Source: a bacterium (GTDB lineage: Bacteria; Patescibacteriota; Dojkabacteria; SC72). From it: DNA of 64,000 nucleotides. A program made the translations under genes and the position numbers. The notes under the pieces are model-generated. The model did no database searches. It was not told where the DNA came from and saw nothing but the letters and a program-made list of their open reading frames with translations. This document shows, one piece after another, positions 56,226 through 64,000 of this stretch (within the stretch, counting starts at the first letter, position 1; every line of letters begins with the position of its first letter). Location: the NCBI GenBank assembly GCA_021108295.1, contig JAIORF010000102.1, positions 7,260 to 71,259 of the forward strand, written 5' to 3'.

Positions 56226-58847
56226 ATGAAGAATAAAACTGTCCTAATTGTTGTAGCTATCATTTTATCAGGTATCTTTTTCTCTAGTTATATCATTAAG
56301 AGTGATGTATTGGCATATGACTGTAGAGCTTTAGGTATGGTTTGTGTAAAGCCGGGTGGTATTGTGAGGAATGTTTGGTTTAGAACCTCGGGTATATGTT
56401 GGTTTCATAGTGGAACCTATAAATATTCCTGTACAGGTAATAATAGAAATTGTAATGGTGGTGTATATTACTATCGAACGTGGGCACTATGTAATGCGGG
56501 AGGTCACCATAGATTTGCCGGTTGTTGTGGAGAGCCTAGCTGTACCCCCGGCTGTACCCCTCCTGCTTGTCCTGCAGGAACTTCTGCTTCAGGCACAGGA
56601 GGTTTATATAATCCTCGTCCTAGTTGTAGAGACGATTGTAACGATTGGCACTACCGTGATTGCTACTACGATTGTACAGACCCTACCTGCCAAGAACTTA
56701 ACTCAGAACTGTATGATGTATGTCCTGGAGGACAAACCTGTGGAGGTCCTGTCACTATCACCTACACCGACTCAGTAGCCTGTGGAGGAGCTACGCATAG
56801 CAAACAATGTGTATTCGTAAGAAATAGTCGTCCAGTTAGTACAGACCTCACTATTTACTACGGAGACTTTGGTACAGTCCAAGGAACCCATACTAGCCAA
56901 TCACCATGGTTTAATAAGATTGTGAAAAGCCTCTCTGCACAAGAACTAGAAGGTGGAGTAGACCGAATACTAGGATTCACATCTACAGAATACTCCGGAA
57001 GTAGCCTTAACAACCCAATCAAAATACGAGCAGAATACCAAGATGCCGACGGTTCTAACGATATTGTAGCCATCTATGTATGGTGGTCTGAAAGTGAGAC
57101 AGTAGATTTCATTACCCCAGATAGAATAGCGGCTGCCTCTGAAGGCCTCTCTTCTCAATCGGAAAGTGAAGACTCTTGGGGCTTTATGCTAAGACGTGTG
57201 GGAGGAAGTTGGACTACAGTATACTCACCATATATCAGTAGTACTGATGCAGCTTGGGTTGAAATAGGGTATGTAGGAGGAGGTTCGTCTCCTTCCTCTA
57301 TTCTCTCTCCTTCTGGCGAAGAAATGGCTGTTCTCCATAATGTTGAGGTTACTGATATCTCTGGAGGTAGAGTAGAAATAGAACTCTTACTAGAATTCGT
57401 AAACTCGGGGACTAGTCCAGCAATAGCTGAAGGAGAATACAAGATATGGAACTTTGCTAATGATGTAGACGGGTTCTTACCGTTTGAAAGTGATCCAGAT
57501 ATAGAAGATGTGATAGTGGATAACGACCTTTGGGAAGATAGTACAATGGATTGGAATCTTGATTTAGAAGAACCAAGTATTTGGGCAGAAACTATATCCG
57601 AAGTAAGTGACGGAGTTCTAGCTCTTGATTTTAATGTGTCTGATATAGATAACTTCGGACTCTCCTATGTACGCATAGATGCGTGTAGGACGGGAGGAAG
57701 TACTACTGATGTCCTTACACCTACACTTAACGGTGTTCCTGGTAGTTCTTACACCATGCCAACCTGTGATGCATGTTCCTCTTTCTCTGGTATAGATATA
57801 ACGAGTGATCTAGATCTCTTAGGAGGCGATGGAACAATCCTTAGTTCTACTACTCATACATACTCCCCAATGACCTTAAGAGTAGCGCTAAATTCTAACG
57901 AAAACGGAGCTATAACCTTCTGGATAACAGCAATGGATATGGCAGGTAACTACCAACAATCCACAATAATTTACGAACTAGGAAAATGGATGATAGCTAC
58001 GGATGGTTTTGTGTACGGAACCGACGGAGTAAGTGCAAATACGAGGAATATAGCAGATGGTGTATGGAATGCTCCTTCTGAATTGTTTAATTATAACTTT
58101 GATGAACCAACCGCAGATTTAACAGATTTGGTCCTTTTGGGAGGTCATAATAATACGGCAAGCTTCTTGGGTATGTTAGTGAAATACAATGAGAACAATT
58201 CTTTTAAAGTTGCTCACTTCCCTGGAGTCTATATTAATTCTCCTTATACAGAACTTTTAGCAGCTTACAATGCTAAAACAGAGAATCTCTTGCTAGATTA
58301 CGATGAAATTAGTGATACAAGTATTAGTGGTAATCTTACCAGTCTTTTTGGTGCAGTTCATGACTACTATATAGTGAATAATAGTGGGGATACAACCATA
58401 AGCTCTAGCTTTGTATGTGATGGACAAGGATTGATAATGGTAGATGGTGATATAACTATCACACCCGATGTTGTAAATAGTACGGCTTTGGATGCATGTA
58501 TAGTGCTTGCTTCGGGAGATATAATAATCGAGGATGGTAGTAATAAGACTGATTCTGGTGCGTTTGGGTATGATTTACTCCACGCGTTCCTCATTGCTAA
58601 CGGAGAGATAATTATAGACGCTGACGCTCACAATGATGGTTTACTGGTAGAAGGGGGTTTGGTAGCTTTTACGCCAAATACTGCTAGTGGGGCTATAGTA
58701 AACAACAGAGAAATGGATGTAGCTACCTCTAATATTTATCCAATATTAGCAGTGAACAACAATGCTAAGTATGGATTACTAAGTAAAGTTCTCTTTGGTT
58801 CTCAAATAGATGTGTTTAAGCTTGAGATTGGGTTTAAGCCTTACTAA
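56226..58847 (+). CDS. Large cysteine-rich secreted hypothetical protein
   Basis: Signal/TM helix, an ~200-aa N-terminal region with more than 30 Cys, and a long beta-rich remainder. Confidence 0.4.
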   Translation: MKNKTVLIVVAIILSGIFFSSYIIKSDVLAYDCRALGMVCVKPGGIVRNVWFRTSGICWFHSGTYKYSCTGNNRNCNGGVYYYRTWALCNAGGHHRFAGCCGEPSCTPGCTPPACPAGTSASGTGGLYNPRPSCRDDCNDWHYRDCYYDCTDPTCQELNSELYDVCPGGQTCGGPVTITYTDSVACGGATHSKQCVFVRNSRPVSTDLTIYYGDFGTVQGTHTSQSPWFNKIVKSLSAQELEGGVDRILGFTSTEYSGSSLNNPIKIRAEYQDADGSNDIVAIYVWWSESETVDFITPDRIAAASEGLSSQSESEDSWGFMLRRVGGSWTTVYSPYISSTDAAWVEIGYVGGGSSPSSILSPSGEEMAVLHNVEVTDISGGRVEIELLLEFVNSGTSPAIAEGEYKIWNFANDVDGFLPFESDPDIEDVIVDNDLWEDSTMDWNLDLEEPSIWAETISEVSDGVLALDFNVSDIDNFGLSYVRIDACRTGGSTTDVLTPTLNGVPGSSYTMPTCDACSSFSGIDITSDLDLLGGDGTILSSTTHTYSPMTLRVALNSNENGAITFWITAMDMAGNYQQSTIIYELGKWMIATDGFVYGTDGVSANTRNIADGVWNAPSELFNYNFDEPTADLTDLVLLGGHNNTASFLGMLVKYNENNSFKVAHFPGVYINSPYTELLAAYNAKTENLLLDYDEISDTSISGNLTSLFGAVHDYYIVNNSGDTTISSSFVCDGQGLIMVDGDITITPDVVNSTALDACIVLASGDIIIEDGSNKTDSGAFGYDLLHAFLIANGEIIIDADAHNDGLLVEGGLVAFTPNTASGAIVNNREMDVATSNIYPILAVNNNAKYGLLSKVLFGSQIDVFKLEIGFKPY

Positions 58848-58920
58848 ACTATTTAGTAATTAAAACTTTCCAACTTTCATGTATAATGAATTAATATTTT
58901 AATTTGTCTTAAAAACACAT

Positions 58921-59211
58921 ATGTTAAATCCAAAAGAAATCCTCAAGATGCAAAGCGAAGCCAAGAAAATGCAGAAGAAACTAAGAGAAAAGAAAATCAC
59001 TGGAGAATCCAAAGACGGTAGGCTTAAAATATATATGAATGGAGCTCAAGAGTTTGAAGACATATATATAGATGAAGAAGTTCTTGATGCAGAAGACCTT
59101 AAGGGTATAAAAAAGAGGATGAAGGAAGCCTTTAAGAGTTACCAAAAGAAGTTGCAAAAAGAAATGATGTCAGATATGGACATGGATTCACTTAAGAAAA
59201 TGTTTAGCTAA
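58921..59211 (+). CDS. ybaB: Nucleoid-associated protein YbaB/EbfC
   Basis: A 96-aa protein with the KMQ..AKKMQ..L pattern. It sits directly upstream of recR, the conserved dnaX-ybaB-recR arrangement. Confidence 0.75.
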   Translation: MLNPKEILKMQSEAKKMQKKLREKKITGESKDGRLKIYMNGAQEFEDIYIDEEVLDAEDLKGIKKRMKEAFKSYQKKLQKEMMSDMDMDSLKKMFS

Positions 59212-59217
59212 AGAAAT

Positions 59218-59847
59218 ATGTCTGTTTTACCTAAGTCTGTTGAAAATGTCATTGCGCAATTTAGTAAACTACCTGGAGTAGGTCCTAAATCTGCTGCAAG
59301 AATGACATACCACTACCTTAGATCTCCAAATGGAGATGCTACTAATCTTGCGAATGCTCTAATTGATATGGATGAAAACATCTGTTTTTGTACTAAATGT
59401 TACAACGTATCGGATAAAGAGGTGTGTAGTTTATGCGACAGTTTGCTCAGGAAGAATTCTAAAATCTGTGTTGTAGAGGAACCATTGGATGTAGTGGCAT
59501 TTGAGAATTCTGCAGTATACGAGGGCTTCTACTTTGTACTTGGTGGTGTAATATCTCCAGCAGAGGGAATAGGGGCAGAGGATTTAAGGTTTAAACAGCT
59601 TAAAGAGAGGTGTAATGAGTTGCTCAAAGAACTAGAGAGTAAGAGATTAGAGGTAATTGTAGCTACTAATCCCAATCTTGAAGGAGAAGCTACAGCTAGC
59701 TACATTCACGATATGTTTGAAAAATATATTAAAGAGGGTACAATGGTAGTAAGTAGATTAGCAATGGGGTTACCAACAGGAGCAGATTTGGAGTATGCAG
59801 ATAGGTTGACACTAAAAAGAGCACTGGAGGGTAGAAGGAGTATATAA
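59218..59847 (+). CDS. recR: Recombination protein RecR
   Basis: HhH (LPGVGPKSAARMTYHYL), C4 zinc finger (CFCTKCYNVSDKEVCSLC), and Toprim domain. Confidence 0.9.
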   Translation: MSVLPKSVENVIAQFSKLPGVGPKSAARMTYHYLRSPNGDATNLANALIDMDENICFCTKCYNVSDKEVCSLCDSLLRKNSKICVVEEPLDVVAFENSAVYEGFYFVLGGVISPAEGIGAEDLRFKQLKERCNELLKELESKRLEVIVATNPNLEGEATASYIHDMFEKYIKEGTMVVSRLAMGLPTGADLEYADRLTLKRALEGRRSI

Positions 59848-59864
59848 TTTGTATTTACTGCTTA

Positions 59865-60671
59865 ATGTCTTCTAAACCAAAGAAAAAAGATTACGGAGAG
59901 TTTATAAATCAAAATGGTTACCTTTTTGTATTTACAATAATATGTGGCCTTGGTTTACTAAGTTACTTTGTATGTAGTAGATACTTTGAGGAGATATTTA
60001 TCAAAAGAGAGCTTTATGTACTCGAGAGTTCTGCAGTAAAAGGAGTGTGGATTGATAATGCGAGTATAAGATGTCCGAATATTGAAGGGTTGGATGTAGA
60101 TAGGTGTGTAGAGTACTCATACTTAGATAATTTTGAAATACTGTCTACTGAAAATATTTTGTTTGATAGTAATGGAAGAGTTCTTTTTTCTAATGATGAG
60201 CTCTTTGTAAGCGGAATATTTGATAGAAGGGAGCTTCTTAACCAAGAGATATGGCCTGATGTATATATAGGGGATTTAAATATTAAGATTAACCATAAGC
60301 AGTGGGTGTATGAAGATGTTGTTTTGGATATGGAATCAAAAGACCCTATCCTTTCTCTCTTCAAGACGGATGACGGCTATATATTACTTCTTTCCCCTTC
60401 TGTAAGCATGGTTAATCGTACTAAGCAATTTTGGGTGTATAAGTATGTTAGTAAAACAGAGGAGATTTCTGGGATGAGCTTTTACAAAGATGGTACTCCA
60501 AGGGTGTTCTTTGAATCGGGCAGTGTGTCTTTTGATGCGAAGGGGAGTGATATCTTCCTTTTGTTTGAACGAGATGACCCTGCATTGATGGGGAATATTG
60601 AAGTTGAAATATATAGGGTAGGTCAGAATTTGAGTTTTGAGCAAAGAATACTTCTTCTAAATGGATATTAG
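59865..60671 (+). CDS. Membrane-anchored hypothetical protein
   Basis: Single N-terminal TM helix. No motif. Confidence 0.35.
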   Translation: MSSKPKKKDYGEFINQNGYLFVFTIICGLGLLSYFVCSRYFEEIFIKRELYVLESSAVKGVWIDNASIRCPNIEGLDVDRCVEYSYLDNFEILSTENILFDSNGRVLFSNDELFVSGIFDRRELLNQEIWPDVYIGDLNIKINHKQWVYEDVVLDMESKDPILSLFKTDDGYILLLSPSVSMVNRTKQFWVYKYVSKTEEISGMSFYKDGTPRVFFESGSVSFDAKGSDIFLLFERDDPALMGNIEVEIYRVGQNLSFEQRILLLNGY

Positions 60672-60699
60672 GCTTAATACATTGTAAAATAGCAATATT

Positions 60700-62145
60700 A
60701 TGAAACTTTACAGTACATTAGATAGGGGAGTGGTACAAGTTAAACCCTTGGTTAAGGGTAGAATCTCTATGTATAGCTGTGGCCCTACTGTTTACTTCAG
60801 GATGCATATAGGGAATATTCGTGCATATGTTAATTGGGATATACTTCATAAGGCTTTTTTGTATCTGGGATATGATGTTAAGAGAGTAATGAATCTCACT
60901 GATGTGGGCCATATGACGGATGATACTGATTTTGGAGAGGATAAAATAGAGAAGAGTGCTAGTAGTGAGGGGGTTACACCGAGAGAGATTGCTAATCAAT
61001 ATATCCGTACTGTACTTGAGGATTTCTCAAGAATGAACATCCTTTCTCCTAGTGGGGAGAGTATTGATCTTAAATTAGAGATTGGTAAGGTTAAAGAGTA
61101 TGGTTTCCTGAGAGCTACTGAATATATCCCTGAAATGATTGAAATGATACAGAAAATTGAGGGGAATGGTTGTACCTATGAGACAGAACAAGCTGTATAT
61201 TTCGATGTTTCTAAGATTTCTGATTACACAATATTTACAGGGCAGTCACTTGATGAGAAGACAGAAGGGGCTAGAGATGAAGTGAATGTGGATCCTGGTA
61301 AGCGTCATCCTGCTGATTTTGTACTGTGGATGAAGAGAGTCGGTAAGTATGAGAATCATACTATGCACTGGAAGTCTCCTTGGGGAGATGGTTTCCCTGG
61401 TTGGCATATAGAGTGTTCTGCCATGAGTATTGATGCACTTGGTAAGGAGTTTGATATACATACTGGAGGAATCGATCATATCCCTATTCATCATCCAAAC
61501 GAAAGGGCTCAAAACATTGGAGCTATGGGTAGATCTGTTGTGAGTTACTGGATTCATAATGAATGGGTAGTGATGGGGGATGATATGAAGATGTCTAAGA
61601 GTGGTGGTAGTTCTGTAGTATTGGACGATATTGTTGATATGGGTTTCGATTTTCTAGATTTAAGGTATCTTTTTGTTTCTGTAAATTATCATATTAAGAT
61701 TAACTTTTCTAAAAAGGCATTACACGGTGCTAGAAATTCTAGGTTAGCGCTAGTAAGTCGATTAAGAGAGTTAAAGAATGAAGCAGATGGTGAAGGGGAG
61801 TTGATTCATGAATATGTAGAAAGATTTAAAGAGTGTTTAGATGATAGTTTGAATATCTCTAAGGTATTAGCGTTGATAAATGAGATGATTAAGTCTGATA
61901 AGAAAGCAGAGGATGTACTTGTTACTATCTATGATTTCGATAAGGTGTTGAGCTTGGATTTAGAGGCATCAGTTGAAGATGTGGGGTTAGATATCCCCGA
62001 AGAGATACTGAAGCTTGTAGAGAGGAGAGAGGAGGCTAGGAGAGGTAAAGATTTCGAACTAGCGGACTCAATTAGAGGTCAAATTGGTGATATGGGATAT
62101 ATGGTTGTAGATAGCGCAGATGGTTTTAATATAGAAAAGATATAG
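60700..62145 (+). CDS. cysS: Cysteinyl-tRNA synthetase
   Basis: MYSCGPTVYFRMHIGNIRAY (HIGH), zinc ligands, KMSKSGG. Confidence 0.9.
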   Translation: MKLYSTLDRGVVQVKPLVKGRISMYSCGPTVYFRMHIGNIRAYVNWDILHKAFLYLGYDVKRVMNLTDVGHMTDDTDFGEDKIEKSASSEGVTPREIANQYIRTVLEDFSRMNILSPSGESIDLKLEIGKVKEYGFLRATEYIPEMIEMIQKIEGNGCTYETEQAVYFDVSKISDYTIFTGQSLDEKTEGARDEVNVDPGKRHPADFVLWMKRVGKYENHTMHWKSPWGDGFPGWHIECSAMSIDALGKEFDIHTGGIDHIPIHHPNERAQNIGAMGRSVVSYWIHNEWVVMGDDMKMSKSGGSSVVLDDIVDMGFDFLDLRYLFVSVNYHIKINFSKKALHGARNSRLALVSRLRELKNEADGEGELIHEYVERFKECLDDSLNISKVLALINEMIKSDKKAEDVLVTIYDFDKVLSLDLEASVEDVGLDIPEEILKLVERREEARRGKDFELADSIRGQIGDMGYMVVDSADGFNIEKI

Positions 62146-63039
62146 ATGGCACAAAATACGGTTAGTATAAAATTGGATAGTGTTCAAATAGAAGATTTCT
62201 CAAATATGATGAAGATACTGAACTGGAAGGAGAAACCTGTAGGGAACATGTATATAAAGGAGGCTTTTTTATCTCCTAAAGGTGGGGTAGCTACATTGTA
62301 TACAAGTGGAAAACTTGTACTACAGGGTAGTGAGGACTTTGCCCAGACTATTGCATATATCAAGGGTAGTAGCGAAGAATATGAAGATATTATTCCACAT
62401 ATTGGTGTAGATGAGGTAGGTAAGGGTGATTATTTCGGTCCTTTAGTAGTAGTTGCTTGTTTTGTAGATAAAGATTTTGTTGAGAAAATATCAGGCTTGG
62501 GTTTTGATGATTCCAAGAAGTTCTCCGATAAGAAAATATCACATTTGTATAATGAGGTAAGGGACTATTCATACTACTATCCTATTGTTCTAGATCCTAG
62601 CGTTTACAATGATTTAATTAATGAGTATGGTAATTTGTCTATACTTTTGGCTAAACAGCATACTCAGTGTATTGAAACAGGATTGGAAGATTTAAAGAAG
62701 AAAGGAATTGAGTGTAAGAAGGTAGTTATTGATCAGTTCTCTTCTTCGAAGAATAGGATTTTGGATGAACTTGGTCCACTTGGTAAGAATGCAAGTGTAG
62801 AGCAATTTCATAAAGGAGAGTCTGATATTGCAGTAGCGGTTGCATCTGTTATTGCTAGGGGTATACTTCTAGAAGAATTTGATAAGTTGCAATCTAAGTA
62901 TGAGTTTGATTTTCCTAAGGGGGCATCTCACGTCATTGAACCTGGTGCTGATTTTGTACGTAGGTATGGTAAGGAGGAGCTGAGAGAGGTTGCTAAGGTA
63001 AGTTTTAAGACTACTCAGAAGGTTTTAAGTTTGGTTTAG
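62146..63039 (+). CDS. rnhC: Ribonuclease HIII (RNase HII-fold with N-terminal TBP-like domain)
   Basis: The N-terminal ~80 aa carry ATLYTSGKLVLQG. The catalytic domain shows GVDEVGKGDYFGPLVVVACFVD (DEDD first motif). Confidence 0.7.
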   Translation: MAQNTVSIKLDSVQIEDFSNMMKILNWKEKPVGNMYIKEAFLSPKGGVATLYTSGKLVLQGSEDFAQTIAYIKGSSEEYEDIIPHIGVDEVGKGDYFGPLVVVACFVDKDFVEKISGLGFDDSKKFSDKKISHLYNEVRDYSYYYPIVLDPSVYNDLINEYGNLSILLAKQHTQCIETGLEDLKKKGIECKKVVIDQFSSSKNRILDELGPLGKNASVEQFHKGESDIAVAVASVIARGILLEEFDKLQSKYEFDFPKGASHVIEPGADFVRRYGKEELREVAKVSFKTTQKVLSLV

Positions 63040-63946
63040 TTTTTCTTTTTACTGATTTTGTTAGTGTAAGTACTACAATGAGAACAATTGTTATGTAGAG
63101 AGATTCGTTTCTAAATCCAGGAATTTCTATTTCTTGGGTAATTACTCCATTATCTATACCATTTTGTATCTTTATATACGCAGTTTTCCCAAGCAGGATG
63201 TCTTCTATATACCAATTGTTTACCTTAAAATCCATCTCAAGAGAGTTTTCTGGATAAACTTTGTCTCTATCTAGATTAATCTTAATATATTCGGGTTCTT
63301 TATCAGCACTATTCTTTACTACCTGTATTTCTCCCTTTGGTATGAGAGTGTATTTTGAATTATTAAAGAAAGATATCCTTAATTGTGCTGGTTTAAGGAA
63401 TGGTATTCCTCTATTGATTACTTTTGTATAGATCTTGTAATCTTCTGTAATGGTTTCGAGGTTTATATCTTTTGTAAGATTGAGTATTACGATATGGGAG
63501 TTTTGAGCTGTTACTCCAGTTCCAGAGTCCGTGTATGTTTGAGCGTCTAGTTGTGGAGCGAATGTAATGAGGATGTAGTATGTACCTGGTTCTAATGCTT
63601 CTATCCCCAATATTTGGAATGGTACTGTTTTTGTACTATGGGCGGGAATTAGTAAAGGGGTTGTATCAATCTTTATGAAATTTTCGAAGGGTTCTAAGTC
63701 AAGAATCTGTTCTGAGTCTGGATGGTATTTGTATAGGTGTGGGGTTAGGTAGATATCGTAGTCTTTTGTGTTCCCTATATTTACTGACTGATTGCTTGTT
63801 TCTCCTATGTTCTGAGTTACCTCAGTGAAGATAGGGGAGATGGTCTCCGCATAAGTGTTAGAAGGTATGAGTAAGCTAGCGAGGGTAACGATTATTATGC
63901 TTAATACTTTTCTTTGGTTTTTTCCTTTTAGTTTTAAGTGTGACAT
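63011..63946 (-). CDS. Secreted hypothetical protein with C-terminal membrane anchor
   Basis: Signal peptide (LSIIIVTLASLLIPSNTYA), beta-rich body, C-terminal TM plus basic tail. Confidence 0.35.
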   Translation of the reverse strand: MSHLKLKGKNQRKVLSIIIVTLASLLIPSNTYAETISPIFTEVTQNIGETSNQSVNIGNTKDYDIYLTPHLYKYHPDSEQILDLEPFENFIKIDTTPLLIPAHSTKTVPFQILGIEALEPGTYYILITFAPQLDAQTYTDSGTGVTAQNSHIVILNLTKDINLETITEDYKIYTKVINRGIPFLKPAQLRISFFNNSKYTLIPKGEIQVVKNSADKEPEYIKINLDRDKVYPENSLEMDFKVNNWYIEDILLGKTAYIKIQNGIDNGVITQEIEIPGFRNESLYITIVLIVVLTLTKSVKRKTKPNLKPSE

Positions 63947-64000
63947 ATAGGACCATTATGGCAATTAATACCATTATTATCAACCTCCAAGGGATAATCC

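Overview
The window looks like a low-GC (~35%), gene-dense stretch of a small-genome bacterium, probably CPR/Patescibacteria, using the standard genetic code. The call rests on the form II/III RuBisCO, a pared-down ribosomal and translation gene set (split S2/Ts/RRF with no pyrH, a short Mfd), many cysteine-rich or LamG surface proteins, and a full DNA-uptake kit (comEA, split comEC, dprA, radC, recR).

Most of the window is housekeeping: argS, proS, cysS, uvrA, topA, mfd, dnaX, two mreB genes with mreCD-mrdA, rpsB-tsf-frr-rseP, rpsU-yqeY-ybeY-pth, rlmN, rnhC, and the rpmG-trpT-secE-nusG-rplKAJL cluster with nine tRNAs.

Three things stand out:
1. Four copies of a roughly 680-bp self-contained cassette sit inside the ribosomal-protein superoperon (three in tandem between rplA and rplJ, one between tRNA-Thr and rpmG). 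Each has a consensus sigma70 promoter, a ~250-nt near-identical leader, an unrelated small two-TM ORF, and a conserved structured terminator with compensatory stem changes.
2. Directly after the rplL terminator is a translationally coupled operon of a 7-TM membrane protein and four ATP-grasp amidoligases (two RimK-like, two cyanophycin-synthetase-G-domain-like). It converges on a DUF1704/MATCAP-family HExxH metallopeptidase, suggesting a peptide-ligase/peptidase tagging or polymer system.
3. A rigidly spaced 33-nt motif (GTTCATC-N4-GTTCAT-N6-TTGTTAAA, ending 5-6 nt before the ATG) precedes exactly the three DNA-uptake/processing genes comEA, dprA and radC. It looks like a leaderless, extended -10 competence-regulon promoter/operator.
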